A DNA stretch of 64,000 nt from a virus (Duplodnaviria; Caudoviricetes), in IMG/VR virus record IMGVR_UViG_3300010167_001484, positions 128,001-192,000 of that record. One strand, 5' to 3'. Made by a program: the position numbers and the translations under genes. Shown here one piece after another: positions 36,968 to 48,541 of this stretch (positions are counted from its first letter, which is position 1; the number at the start of each line of letters is the position of its first letter). The notes under the pieces are model-generated. The model saw only the letters and a program-made list of their open reading frames with translations, ran no database searches and was not told the DNA's origin.

Positions 36968-37678
36968 GTGACTATGCAAGAAATTGTAGCAGAAATCAAT
37001 TTTTCATTAGGTCTTCCTGCACATGATAATATTGAGGAAATTCAGATTGATTTAGCTGTAATTAAAGCTTTTAGAGAACTTAAAAGGTATATGCGAACTC
37101 CTGTAGATAAAACCGTTCCGTTTTCAACACGAGTGAAACTTTCAGATGTTGGAATAATTACCAGACGAGTAATCTATTGTTTTGCAGCTAGGCCTAGAGT
37201 AGGATTACATCTGAGCACCATTGAAGCGGGTACACCTTTTCAGATAGGCGCTGCTATTAATACCCAAGGTATGGTTGGTCAAACACGTAGACTTAATATT
37301 GATCCGATAATGACGGAAATGGCAATGGCTCAAGTAAGGAATACACTTCAAACTGACTATCAGTGGCATTATGATCAACTTAACGATTGTGTGAGCATTA
37401 CTCATAGAGATCCGAAACCTGCAATGGTTACAATCAGATATGTTCCAGAGTATAAGGATGTATCTGAAATAGTTAATCAAGCTTATATTGATTATCTTAT
37501 ACGGATGAGTGAAGCTTATGTTAAGAAAGCCCAAGGTCAAACGAGATCTAAATATAGTATTGAAGGATCTAATGTTAAACTTAACGGTCCAGAATTATTA
37601 GCAGAAGCTAATGCAGAACTTGAAGCAATTCGTGCAGAGCTTGAAGGTAAACGAAATAAGCTAGTTGTATTAAATTAA
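36968..37678 (+). CDS. Neck / head-completion protein (T4 gp13-like)
   Basis: KYSIEGSNVKLNGPELLAEANAELEAIRAEL C-terminal motif. Confidence 0.7.
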   Translation: MTMQEIVAEINFSLGLPAHDNIEEIQIDLAVIKAFRELKRYMRTPVDKTVPFSTRVKLSDVGIITRRVIYCFAARPRVGLHLSTIEAGTPFQIGAAINTQGMVGQTRRLNIDPIMTEMAMAQVRNTLQTDYQWHYDQLNDCVSITHRDPKPAMVTIRYVPEYKDVSEIVNQAYIDYLIRMSEAYVKKAQGQTRSKYSIEGSNVKLNGPELLAEANAELEAIRAELEGKRNKLVVLN

Positions 37679-37705
37679 AATTCAAATTGTAAAGGAGTAT
37701 GTATA

Positions 37706-38038
37706 ATGGTTATCCAGAAGAAAACAGTTAGACCGATTAAAGCTGAAACAGAAGTAGCACCGGAAGTTACCGAGCTTCTATTTGAAGCTGAAGATGTAGC
37801 ACAACTTATCGCTGAGGTAACAGGTGAAGATGTAACAGTTAGCGCAGAGCCTGATGCTGATGTTATTACATTCGAGGTTGCTGGCGAAGAATTCTCAGTT
37901 GAACCTGAAGGTGAAGAAGAAATGCTTGAAGCATCTACTCGTTTCAAGAAAGGTAAGAAGCCCGTAGCGGCATCAACAAGAAATCGCCGTCCAGCAGCTC
38001 CTGCTAGTCGTCCTGTCAAGAAAGTTGGACGTAGATAA
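37706..38038 (+). CDS. Acidic prohead core/scaffold-like protein with basic termini
   Basis: PIKAE, MLEAS, PVAAS motifs resembling the MCP propeptide. Confidence 0.5.
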   Translation: MVIQKKTVRPIKAETEVAPEVTELLFEAEDVAQLIAEVTGEDVTVSAEPDADVITFEVAGEEFSVEPEGEEEMLEASTRFKKGKKPVAASTRNRRPAAPASRPVKKVGRR

Positions 38039-38061
38039 TATTTTAGCATTGCAGAATGACT

Positions 38062-38100
38062 GAAGGAACTTGCTGGACTAATATTCCGGTAAGTTCCTTC
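38062..38100 (+). terminator. Long hairpin (terminator or processing site)
   Basis: GAAGGAACTTGCTGGA / TCCGGTAAGTTCCTTC. Confidence 0.6.
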
Positions 38101-38125
38101 TGTTAAATATTGTGGAGGTTTGATA

Positions 38126-39487
38126 ATGAAGATACAAGTTAATTCATCTGCAGTTGAAGGTAAAGGTGAAATTAGAAACTTCTTTCGTAAATTGGCTGGT
38201 ATAGTTGATACAGTTTTTAAAACATTAGATGATTGGTCTGTAGAACAGCAGAAAGAAACAGATACAGGATGTAAGGTTCGTATTCGTAATACTGATTCTG
38301 ATGATCTTCTAGATGTTGAATATATAAGAATTGAAGATGGTACACTTACTATCAAAATAAGAGATGAAGAAGGTAAAGAAACTATAAAGGAAGATGTACC
38401 TGACGATAAGGAGAGTGCATCAAATGCTCTTAAAGATATGTTAGATAATATTGGTAATATAACTTCTAATACAGAATTGGATATTAATGATAATCCAATA
38501 GGTGATGATGACGTTGTCGAAGGTCTTGAAGGTATATTAGAAAAATTATCAGGTATGTTGAATACTTTCTTCGACAGTACAGAAAACATTGAAGAAATTG
38601 ATCATAAAGATATAACTAACGGTATTAAATATAGAGCTCAGCATAATGATATATATGCAGATATTTCTATAACAAGTGAAGATGCTGGGGAATTGTGTAA
38701 AATTGAAGTTAAAGCGTCTACAGGTGATATACTTAGTTTAGATAATATTCCTAGAATAAAGGTGCTCAGTACTGTGAAGACTATGCTATGGCAGGTGTTT
38801 ACAGGTTCTACTTCAGATGTTGATGCTTCTAGAGAGCTTCTAGTTACTCTAAAACGTGTTGTAGGTAGTCGAGAAGATAGTATAGAACTTGTTGCAATCA
38901 ATGCTAATTATTCTATAGAGGCTGCATTAGATACATTGGACGAAGTATTAGAAGATGAAGAGATATTAGATCTTATTGATGAAGAACCTTTGAGTCTAGC
39001 AATCACTGATTTAGATGAATCCGATATGTTTGATGTAGAACAAATTGAGAGTGAAGAAGTTACTCAAGATAGTTCTTGTACTATCAATAATATACTTTCT
39101 GCTGTTTCAATATTTGCAAATAACATATTAATGATACATTGGAATGCTAAAGGTGATGATTTTAGTACAATTCATAATTTGACGGATTCCTGGTATTGGT
39201 CTGCTAGAAATGATTTAGATACAATAGGTGAATTGTCTGTTGAATTGTGTGGCTCTGCCCCCAATCCTGCTATGAGTTTAGATGATGTAGCTTTATTACA
39301 ATCTAATACAGAATATACTATAGATGATGTCTATGTAGTTGTTGCTGCTCAGATGGATTCACTCATAACTACACTTGAAACATATTATGTTAATTTTGAT
39401 CATGATGTTCAAAGTACTTTAGATAATATTATCCGTTATTGGAAGAAAGAGCGAGATTACAAGGTATTTCGTGTACTAAAAGATTAA
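38126..39487 (+). CDS. Acidic head-module protein with C-terminal Dps/ferritin-like domain
   Basis: IHWNAKGDDFSTIHNLTD..Y.....DLDTIGEL; N-terminus MKIQVNSS. Confidence 0.6.
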   Translation: MKIQVNSSAVEGKGEIRNFFRKLAGIVDTVFKTLDDWSVEQQKETDTGCKVRIRNTDSDDLLDVEYIRIEDGTLTIKIRDEEGKETIKEDVPDDKESASNALKDMLDNIGNITSNTELDINDNPIGDDDVVEGLEGILEKLSGMLNTFFDSTENIEEIDHKDITNGIKYRAQHNDIYADISITSEDAGELCKIEVKASTGDILSLDNIPRIKVLSTVKTMLWQVFTGSTSDVDASRELLVTLKRVVGSREDSIELVAINANYSIEAALDTLDEVLEDEEILDLIDEEPLSLAITDLDESDMFDVEQIESEEVTQDSSCTINNILSAVSIFANNILMIHWNAKGDDFSTIHNLTDSWYWSARNDLDTIGELSVELCGSAPNPAMSLDDVALLQSNTEYTIDDVYVVVAAQMDSLITTLETYYVNFDHDVQSTLDNIIRYWKKERDYKVFRVLKD

Positions 39488-39528
39488 TTTAGATATCTAC
39501 CATAACCACTAAACTTTGGAGGTATGGT

Positions 39529-39942
39529 ATGTCATTGTTATATGACGCTGAGATAAGAGAACGTATAATTAGATCAGAAAATCCATTCCAACATGTAATA
39601 GATATTGCTATATTAGCTAGGAAGAAAGCTAAAGAATCTGAGTATCATATATTAGATTCTGAAGCACTTACATGGGTCATTCAAGGTATTGAACCTGTAG
39701 AAGATTCAACTTTGAATTTAAGTAGGACAATAACAAATTATGAAGAGAAATATCTTGATGATATGTTATGTTGTATTGATGATGCTCAAGTAAGAAATGC
39801 ATTACAAGAATCATTCTATCAAAGTAAATCTGCAAATAAGCTTATATATGAATATGGTAATATTACAGATAAACCACGTCAAACTAGAGTAAGAATTTTA
39901 CTTAGAATGATCTGGTACAATACTGTATTAAAAGAAATATAA
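39529..39942 (+). CDS. Hypothetical protein (N-terminus faintly RNA polymerase omega-like)
   Basis: ENPFQHVIDIAILARK. Confidence 0.45.
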   Translation: MSLLYDAEIRERIIRSENPFQHVIDIAILARKKAKESEYHILDSEALTWVIQGIEPVEDSTLNLSRTITNYEEKYLDDMLCCIDDAQVRNALQESFYQSKSANKLIYEYGNITDKPRQTRVRILLRMIWYNTVLKEI

Positions 39943-39959
39943 TTTAAGGAGTGTATAAA

Positions 39960-40538
39960 ATGCCTAGAGGAGTAAGGAATCCTAAACCTGTAGAAGTTGA
40001 AGACGTAGTTGAAGAAGCAAAAGTTGAAGATGTGATAGTTGAAGAAGCAAAAGTTGAAGATGTAATAGTTGAAGAAGCAAAAGTTGAAGATGTAATAGTT
40101 GAAGAAGTAGTTAAGGAAGAGATTGAGTCTTTACAAGATGAGGTTGAAGAAGTTGTTGAAGAAATTGTTGAGGAAGTAGAAGTAGTTGTTGAAGATGTTG
40201 TTGAAGATGTAGTCGAAGAAGTTGTTGAACCTGAAGTAGAAGCTGAAATTATTGAGGTAGAGCCTGAGGTTGTTGAAGTAACACCTGAACCTGAAGTTGT
40301 TGAAATAATATCTGAATCTAAGGTTGTTGATGATGAATATAAGATTGGTCAAGAAATAACATTTAGATTACCCACGATAAGGACCTATGATACAAGTGTT
40401 GCTAAGCTACCTAGCCGTAAACCTGGACCCTTATATATTTACGATACATTAGTGCAGAACGATCGCATAAGGGTATCTAATAGAGTTAATGGTGAGTATC
40501 TTGGATGGGTTTCATTGAATGATTTATCTAAGAATTAG
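39960..40538 (+). CDS. Glu/Val-rich repeat protein with C-terminal SH3-like domain
   Basis: EEAKVEDVIV repeats; RIRV....YLGWV. Confidence 0.55.
   Translation: MPRGVRNPKPVEVEDVVEEAKVEDVIVEEAKVEDVIVEEAKVEDVIVEEVVKEEIESLQDEVEEVVEEIVEEVEVVVEDVVEDVVEEVVEPEVEAEIIEVEPEVVEVTPEPEVVEIISESKVVDDEYKIGQEITFRLPTIRTYDTSVAKLPSRKPGPLYIYDTLVQNDRIRVSNRVNGEYLGWVSLNDLSKN
40011..40107 (+). repeat. 30-bp tandem repeat x3 (EEAKVEDVIV)
   Basis: GAAGAAGCAAAAGTTGAAGATGTRATAGTT at 40011, 40041, 40071. Confidence 0.9.
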
Positions 40539-40562
40539 ATAATATACTTTAGTTTTAGATTA

Positions 40563-40592
40563 TGATGCAGAGCTGTAAGAAGTTCTGCATCA
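40563..40592 (+). terminator. Intrinsic terminator hairpin
   Basis: TGATGCAGAGCT-GTAAGA-AGTTCTGCATCA then GTTT. Confidence 0.6.
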
Positions 40593-40598
40593 GTTTGT

Positions 40599-40611
40599 AA
40601 CCTTATATATT
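40599..40611 (+). promoter_or_regulatory. Putative late promoter
   Basis: AACCTTATATATT. Confidence 0.6.
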
Positions 40612-40640
40612 TTTATACTATACCTAGGTGGTGTGATACT

Positions 40641-41552
40641 ATGGATAAAATACAGATACCTTCTAATATCAAATTAATAGATTCGGGTGAATTCCCTACA
40701 ACGGAAAATTTACCAAAAGGTAATTTAGCTTTCGGTAAAATAACTGAGACTGATATGTACCATTTATTCGGTAATTCTGATGATAATATTGTAGATTATA
40801 TGATGCAGGGTGAGCAAGGTGAACAAGGGGAATCTGCTTATCAATCATGGTTGAATACGGGAAATAATGGGGATGAATCTGATTTCATTCGATGGGTAAA
40901 AGCTTCATCTGGAGGTCAAGCAAATGTAGGCGAAATATTTTGGTGGCCTTTATCTAACCCTCCTGGAGATTCTTTATATTGCAATGGAGATGAAATTAGT
41001 AGAATAGAATATTCTAAATTATTTGAAGTAATAGGAACTATGTTTGGTACAGGTAATGGATCTACTACATTCAATTTACCTGATATGCGATATAAGAAAG
41101 CTGATTTATATCCATGTATAAGATATAAAGTTGAAGCATTTCCTTATGTTAAAGGTTATTTTGGTGATTCTAGTTTAGCTGCAAATGTACATAATATACC
41201 TACACCTATTATTACTAATGGTGATTCTAGTTTAATTGTAAATAAAAATTTTATAGTATCTGAAGATGGAGTATGGGCCTTAAGTTTCTCTGGTACTACT
41301 ACTAATCAAAGTACTCCCTTTTCGGGTACTTTAAATTCTTATATTACTGTTGATTGGACATTACCGTCACAACGTTGTATTACACAGTTGCAATCATCTC
41401 AATCTACAATGATATTACATGCATTAGGTATAGATACATTGTTAGCTAATGATATCATGAATGTCACTTTACTTCCATCTGTATCGATGACATCTTGGCA
41501 ACATCCAATTTATGGTGCAGAACCCTCCTTCTGGTTTGGTAGAATAGTATAG
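40641..41552 (+). CDS. Short fibre protein with tail-collar domain and C-terminal C1q/TNF-like head
   Basis: GEIFWW..PPG..LYCNG..SR..Y..LFEVIGT.FG.GNGSTTFNLPD.R. Confidence 0.75.
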   Translation: MDKIQIPSNIKLIDSGEFPTTENLPKGNLAFGKITETDMYHLFGNSDDNIVDYMMQGEQGEQGESAYQSWLNTGNNGDESDFIRWVKASSGGQANVGEIFWWPLSNPPGDSLYCNGDEISRIEYSKLFEVIGTMFGTGNGSTTFNLPDMRYKKADLYPCIRYKVEAFPYVKGYFGDSSLAANVHNIPTPIITNGDSSLIVNKNFIVSEDGVWALSFSGTTTNQSTPFSGTLNSYITVDWTLPSQRCITQLQSSQSTMILHALGIDTLLANDIMNVTLLPSVSMTSWQHPIYGAEPSFWFGRIV

Positions 41553-41560
41553 GAGATAAT

Positions 41561-42007
41561 ATGAATATATCTTATCTAGGTATTGTAAATCCTGAATTTC
41601 CTTATGTAACAGGTTTACTTATCCCTAAGTCTTTAGCAGCATATACATTCAATATTATGACACCTGATATTACTACGCTTGATGGAAATATCAATATGGT
41701 GAATGGTGATAAATTTATAGCTCCTGAAAATGGGGTTTATAGATTTTGTTTTAGTGGAGCGAAGCTTAGTGTAGTTCATACTGCAGAAACTCAAACATTT
41801 GTTGTTTATAATAGTGAATCTGTTGGAAGTAATTTTAAAAATGTAGCTGTGAATCTTGGTAAATTCGGATTGGTATCATCTGTATCAGTAGAATTAACTT
41901 TGGAAACAGAGGATTTTCTAACACTTCATGTTTTCACTGATATTGCAACACATGGAATAAACTATGCCGAAATGATACCTGTATTTGCATTCGGACGTAT
42001 ATTTTAG
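41561..42007 (+). CDS. Stand-alone fibre head / receptor-binding domain
   Basis: MNISYLGI..PEFPY..G...F.APE.GVY.F...FGRI. Confidence 0.55.
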   Translation: MNISYLGIVNPEFPYVTGLLIPKSLAAYTFNIMTPDITTLDGNINMVNGDKFIAPENGVYRFCFSGAKLSVVHTAETQTFVVYNSESVGSNFKNVAVNLGKFGLVSSVSVELTLETEDFLTLHVFTDIATHGINYAEMIPVFAFGRIF

Positions 42008-42016
42008 GAGTTTATT

Positions 42017-42457
42017 ATGGATATATCTTATTTAGGGATTACACATCCCGAATTTCCTTGGTGTAGAGGCACGTTTGAGAATAGAAGTATTCCCGTTAGT
42101 GTAATAACAGAACTTAAACCTATTATTATGAACGGTAATATGACGCTAGATTCTACCTCTGTTAATGGCATTAAAATACCAGAAGATGGCATATATGCGT
42201 TTTATGTTAAAGCAGGTGGTCTTTCGATAAATAAATTTATCTTAGAGCGCACTGTGTATGGTGGAACTTATATAATGGGCGCTCAAGATGTAGTTATTAG
42301 AGATGATAATATGGCTGTACCGTCTTTATGCATTGTAAATCACTTTTCAAAAGGCGGATTATTTACTTATACTTATGCTTTAAATGTAGCCTCGACTACG
42401 ATTACTTGGATGGACGCTGGTTATAATATGGCGTTCTTTTTTGGTAGAATAGCATAG
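42017..42457 (+). CDS. Stand-alone fibre head / receptor-binding domain
   Basis: MDISYLGI..PEFPW..G...IPEDGIY.F...FFGRI. Confidence 0.55.
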   Translation: MDISYLGITHPEFPWCRGTFENRSIPVSVITELKPIIMNGNMTLDSTSVNGIKIPEDGIYAFYVKAGGLSINKFILERTVYGGTYIMGAQDVVIRDDNMAVPSLCIVNHFSKGGLFTYTYALNVASTTITWMDAGYNMAFFFGRIA

Positions 42458-42473
42458 ATAAGATATGGGGTAC

Positions 42474-42486
42474 AACCTTTTATATA
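42474..42486 (+). promoter_or_regulatory. Putative late promoter
   Basis: AACCTTTTATATA. Confidence 0.6.
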
Positions 42487-42517
42487 GTTGTATATTACAT
42501 TTAAGGGTGTGATGGTG

Positions 42518-44017
<1,500 letters not shown>

Positions 44018-44031
44018 TTGGAGGTAATTAT

Positions 44032-44454
44032 ATGAATAAGGCGTATTTAGGTAACATTTCTACAGGATTACCTTATTGTTATGGAACATTTGTCAATAAA
44101 AGTATGGCAGCTAATGCATGGACAACTTTTGCTCCTAATATATTAGATAGTAATTTTAATTTTGTAGTATCTGGCAATGATATAATTATTCCTAGTAAGG
44201 GGAGATGGAGTGTTAATGTATGGAGTATGAATCTTACTACAGCACCTGCAGCTAATTCTCAAAATGTTTATAGATGTGTTATGGGTATGAGATATCAATT
44301 ACCGTTTTCTACTCCTAATCTTAGTTTAACACCTGATTTATATTTTGAACATGATGTTCCATCAGGAACTGTATTCAATTTTTCAGTATATCTACAAGCA
44401 GCTCAAACAGGCTTTTCACAGATACCGCAATTTATTCTTAAACGTATTTTATAA
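44032..44454 (+). CDS. Stand-alone fibre head / receptor-binding domain
   Basis: YLGNI..GLPY..G; IIIPSKGRW; ends LKRIL; GGAGG RBS. Confidence 0.5.
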   Translation: MNKAYLGNISTGLPYCYGTFVNKSMAANAWTTFAPNILDSNFNFVVSGNDIIIPSKGRWSVNVWSMNLTTAPAANSQNVYRCVMGMRYQLPFSTPNLSLTPDLYFEHDVPSGTVFNFSVYLQAAQTGFSQIPQFILKRIL

Positions 44455-44468
44455 AGAAGGTGATTTTA

Positions 44469-44711
44469 ATGAGAAAAGAGATAAGTTATTTTGATCCGCG
44501 TTGTCCTGAACTTGAAGTAGTAGATGGTCGTAATATTTTTGGAATAATTGCTAATAGTCAAGAAGACTATGATAATATTATGGCGATTATTACTAATCCT
44601 GAACGAGAGATAACAAATATTGTTGAAGAAGATTTACCTCCAGCAGAGGGTTATACGGAAGAAGAAAAAGATGATTTTTTAACTAATGTTATGAAAGGGT
44701 TGGGATTATGA
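44469..44711 (+). CDS. Small fibre-associated protein
   Basis: ORF; position. Confidence 0.45.
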   Translation: MRKEISYFDPRCPELEVVDGRNIFGIIANSQEDYDNIMAIITNPEREITNIVEEDLPPAEGYTEEEKDDFLTNVMKGLGL

Positions 44712-45163
44712 ATAAATACCAAGAAGCGGGATTTGGTATAGGTGAAGGTATGCGTATGGGTAGATATCATACGTCTGAAGGTAATGGTAGAATGTTATTA
44801 CGTTTTCCTGCTACTGCATTTGATGAGTATGTACCTAATCCCAATACAGAATATCCTGCTGGCTATGTATTGAAGATGTCTGATGATCCTGTTAGTAAAT
44901 ATATGTTTACACGTGATGGTAAACTTGATGTATCCCCATCCCAGAGTAATATGTGTAAGTTGTTTCGTAATGGTAATCGTTATCCATACGTTGAAGAAGA
45001 ATTTCTTGAAAGTGGTTTTGAGCGCTATTGGGAGAATCCTAATAGGCCTGAAGAGGATGGGTGGTACAGAGTTAAACTAAGGAATGATGGAGAAGTAATG
45101 ATTGTTTCTGATAAGACATCTCCACCTAATGCTCCAGATAGATGGGAGAAACTAGCTGAATAG
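44708..45163 (+). CDS. Hypothetical fibre-associated protein (C-terminal P...P..W motif)
   Basis: ORF, translationally coupled. Confidence 0.45.
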   Translation: MNKYQEAGFGIGEGMRMGRYHTSEGNGRMLLRFPATAFDEYVPNPNTEYPAGYVLKMSDDPVSKYMFTRDGKLDVSPSQSNMCKLFRNGNRYPYVEEEFLESGFERYWENPNRPEEDGWYRVKLRNDGEVMIVSDKTSPPNAPDRWEKLAE

Positions 45164-45172
45164 GAGTAAATT

Positions 45173-46792
45173 ATGGGTACTTATATCGGATCAGGTATTC
45201 TAAATATTGTTATGAATAATCTAAATATGTCTACAGATAATCATGAATTTATTTGTGGTGAATTTACATATCCAGTTGAAGTAATAAATTATGATGACGA
45301 TGTAGAATGGTCTACAAATCAAAATTTAGGTAATTCTACTGCAGATGCAAGAATGTTGATTGTTATAGTTCAAGGTGATTTAGTAATAGATACAAATGTA
45401 ATTATAATACCTCAAACACGTAAACGAGGTTTCTTGATATATGTAACAGGTACACTCACTAATAACGGAACAATTAGTATGACTGCTAGGGGAGCTAGTG
45501 CACCTAATCAGATTGTATATTTATGGGCTCATAATAATAGAAATCTTGAATTAATTGAGGGATCTACACTAGGTGGAGTGAATAATGTTACTACAGCTCA
45601 TAATGGTGTTGTTGGAGGACATGGTTCTAATAGAAGATGTGGCGGAGGAGGTTCAGGGGGAAGAAATGCAAATGGGAATGTACCAGGTACTACGGCTAAA
45701 GGAGGCAATTCTACATCTTATTCAGGTGGAACTGGTGGAGCAGGATTATATGGAGCCGGAACTGTAGCATCTGATACAGGTGGAGTAGGTGGAAGTAGTA
45801 CTGGAAGTGATGGTGGAGGCGCAGGTGGTGGAGGTGTAGGTAATCCTGGAGGTACAGGAGGTCTTCCTGCAGCAAATGGTGCAAATGGTACAGGAGGTCT
45901 ATTAATAATTTATGCTAAAACTTTCATTAATGCTGGTTCTTTATTATCCCAAGGTATAAGTAACAATACTTATACAAATGCTGCTGTTAGATGTGGAGGC
46001 TCTTCAGGTGGAGGTTCTATAAATCTATTTTATAGTGATATTATTTATAATGTTGGAGTATGTAATGTGAATGGAGGACCTGCTGGAGCAACAGGTGCAG
46101 GAGTGAGTAATATTAGTGGTGCTGGAGGGAATGGATCTTTAACTACAACTCAAATAGAACCTTATCTATTTGGAGATTTAGATTTTAGACGATTGCATGT
46201 TAGCGGTCGTTCATTAATTCATACTATCACTGAGAATCTATATCTAGTAACTACTGGAAATAGTTTCTTGAATTTCAATGGAGATTTAATTCATTCTGCA
46301 GAAACAATAGTATATGAAGGTAACCATGTATGGAGTGAAGATAAATTATTAGGTCAAAACATATCAGATCATAGAATGTTAATAGTTATAGTTAAAGGCA
46401 ATCTAAGAATAGATCCAGGAGTAACTATAAAATCTACAGCTACAAGAAGAGCATTTTTATTATTTGTATTAGGTAATTTAGAAAATTATGGTACCATTAA
46501 TATGACTACTAGTGGTCAGATATTGGGTGGAATTATCAAAGTATTTCAAAATAATAATGAATCTTATGAAACTGTCGGATTAGCTCAGAAGAATGGAATA
46601 GCTCTAATAAGTACGGTTCGATTGATAAATAAAGGTGACATCTATATGAAAGGTGATACACTTCAATTATATTATCAAGGATTATTAGAATTAGGTACTA
46701 CAGAATTTAGAAAAATAGATGGTAATAAAAATAGTTTAATGGCGAATAGAATAGTAGATGCAGATGAGGTTGAAACGCGAACATTTGTGTAG
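45173..46792 (+). CDS. Glycine-rich adhesin-like virion protein, paralog of 46804
   Basis: Duplicated domain (D.RML.VIV.G.L.I) flanking polyglycine tracts. Confidence 0.65.
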   Translation: MGTYIGSGILNIVMNNLNMSTDNHEFICGEFTYPVEVINYDDDVEWSTNQNLGNSTADARMLIVIVQGDLVIDTNVIIIPQTRKRGFLIYVTGTLTNNGTISMTARGASAPNQIVYLWAHNNRNLELIEGSTLGGVNNVTTAHNGVVGGHGSNRRCGGGGSGGRNANGNVPGTTAKGGNSTSYSGGTGGAGLYGAGTVASDTGGVGGSSTGSDGGGAGGGGVGNPGGTGGLPAANGANGTGGLLIIYAKTFINAGSLLSQGISNNTYTNAAVRCGGSSGGGSINLFYSDIIYNVGVCNVNGGPAGATGAGVSNISGAGGNGSLTTTQIEPYLFGDLDFRRLHVSGRSLIHTITENLYLVTTGNSFLNFNGDLIHSAETIVYEGNHVWSEDKLLGQNISDHRMLIVIVKGNLRIDPGVTIKSTATRRAFLLFVLGNLENYGTINMTTSGQILGGIIKVFQNNNESYETVGLAQKNGIALISTVRLINKGDIYMKGDTLQLYYQGLLELGTTEFRKIDGNKNSLMANRIVDADEVETRTFV

Positions 46793-46803
46793 GAGTTTGA
46801 GAT

Positions 46804-48438
46804 ATGTCAAAGTATTATGAATCAAGCATAATAAATATTGTTATGAGTAATATAGATATGCCCAACGGTGACCATGAATTTATTTGTGGAGAATTCACAT
46901 ATCCTGTTGAAGTGCTTAGTTATGATGGTGATGAAGATGGTAATGTTGTATGGTCATCTAATCAAAATCTTGGTAGTGCTATAGCAGATGCTAGAATGCT
47001 AGTAGTTATTGTACGAGGTAGTCTTATAATAAATACAGGAGTGACAGTTACACCTCAAACACGTAAGAGAGGGTTCTTATTATATGTGACAGATGTTCTG
47101 ACAAATAGTGGAACAATCAGTATGACAGCTAGGGGAGCTAGTGCACCTAATCAACCTGTTTGGTTATGGTCTCATGAAAATAGAGAAATTGAGATTATAA
47201 ATGGAATATCTCTTGGAGGTGTGCATCCAAATACTGCTAATAATACACCAGGTGTTAGCGGTCAAGTAGGTTTGAATCGTAAATTAGGTGGAGGCGGTTC
47301 AGGAGGACGAAGTAGTAACGTCACAGGTCGTGGAGGTAATTCTACATCTTATTCTGGAGGTCCTGGAGGGGGCGGCGGTCATGCCGGAACCGCTACTCAA
47401 GGTTCAGATACAGGTGGACCTGGTGGTAATGGATCAGGTAGTGATGGTGCAGGAACTAGTGGAGGTGGAGCAGGTAATCCTGGGGGAAGTGGTCCAGGAG
47501 GAGCTGGGAGTGCTGGAACAGGAGGATTACTTATTATAGCTTGTGATGAATTCTATAACATTGGTACAATATCATCTAATGGTTCTAATGGTGCTAATAC
47601 TTTCTGGTATAGTAATCCAGGAGGAGCTGCTGGTGGAGGTTCCGGTGGAGGTTCTATCAATATATTCTATATTAAAACCTTTCAACAATATGGTACAATA
47701 TTGGCAAACGGAGGCCTTGGAGGTAATGCTCTTACAACATCAAATTCAAGAGGTGGAAATGGTGGAAATGGCTCTATAACACATACTCAGATCGATCCTT
47801 ATAAATTTTCTACCTTTGAATATAATCGTAGATTTCTTGAAGGAAGGAGTTTACTTCAAACTATAACAGAAAATTTAAATAAGTTATTAACAGGAAATAG
47901 CTTTCTTGATTTCAATGAAGATGTTATATATTCTGCAGAAACTGTTGTGTATGAAGGAAACTATACATGGGATAATGATAAACTATTTGGAGAAGTACAA
48001 CCTCAAGGAGTAGATCATAGAATATTAATTGTTTTAATTAAAGGTAATTTGAAGATAAATGAAGGTGTGACAATATCAGCAAGAGATTCACGAAGAGCAT
48101 TCATGTTGGTTGTATTAGGAACATTAGAAAATTATGGAACAATCAATATGAAAACAACTGGTTCAATTTTAGGTGGAGATGTTAGAGTATTTCAGAATAA
48201 TAATAAATCTTATGAAACAATATCAACTGTACAGAAGAATGGAATAGTTATTATTAGTACGGTACGTTTAATCAATGAAGGGAATCTTATTTTACAGGGA
48301 GATTCTATTAATTTATATTATCAAGGTCTTATGAAGTTAGGTAATCGTGTACTTAAAAAACAAGATGGTTCACCAAATGCGCTAATAGCTCATAGAATAA
48401 TAGATGCAGATAGAGTAGATAAACTAACATTTGGCTAA
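46804..48438 (+). CDS. Glycine-rich adhesin-like virion protein, paralog of 45173
   Basis: Collinear with 45173 (HEFICGEFTYPVEV, PQTRKRGFL, GTISMTARGASAPNQ). Confidence 0.65.
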   Translation: MSKYYESSIINIVMSNIDMPNGDHEFICGEFTYPVEVLSYDGDEDGNVVWSSNQNLGSAIADARMLVVIVRGSLIINTGVTVTPQTRKRGFLLYVTDVLTNSGTISMTARGASAPNQPVWLWSHENREIEIINGISLGGVHPNTANNTPGVSGQVGLNRKLGGGGSGGRSSNVTGRGGNSTSYSGGPGGGGGHAGTATQGSDTGGPGGNGSGSDGAGTSGGGAGNPGGSGPGGAGSAGTGGLLIIACDEFYNIGTISSNGSNGANTFWYSNPGGAAGGGSGGGSINIFYIKTFQQYGTILANGGLGGNALTTSNSRGGNGGNGSITHTQIDPYKFSTFEYNRRFLEGRSLLQTITENLNKLLTGNSFLDFNEDVIYSAETVVYEGNYTWDNDKLFGEVQPQGVDHRILIVLIKGNLKINEGVTISARDSRRAFMLVVLGTLENYGTINMKTTGSILGGDVRVFQNNNKSYETISTVQKNGIVIISTVRLINEGNLILQGDSINLYYQGLMKLGNRVLKKQDGSPNALIAHRIIDADRVDKLTFG

Positions 48439-48455
48439 AATCAATTTATATATTG

Positions 48456-48485
48456 TAGAGTCGCATATGTGGCTCTATTTTTATT
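48456..48485 (+). terminator. Intrinsic terminator ending the structural operon
   Basis: TAGAGTCGC-ATAT-GTGGCTCTA followed by TTTTTATT. Confidence 0.7.
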
Positions 48486-48490
48486 GTTAA

Positions 48491-48509
48491 AAATTTCGTT
48501 ATATATAAT
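48491..48509 (+). promoter_or_regulatory. Second promoter class (AAATT[T]CRTTATA..AT)
   Basis: Similar motif at 1777-1795 and 52556-52573. Confidence 0.45.
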
Positions 48510-48541
48510 ATAATCAAAATAATCAAAAAGGAGTATGTATA

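Noticed and set aside
37675-38589. 304-aa minus-strand ORF and the other minus-strand or nested ORFs in the track
   Set aside because: Ser/Ile-rich antisense shadows of acidic + strand genes that have good RBSs; no recognisable motifs.
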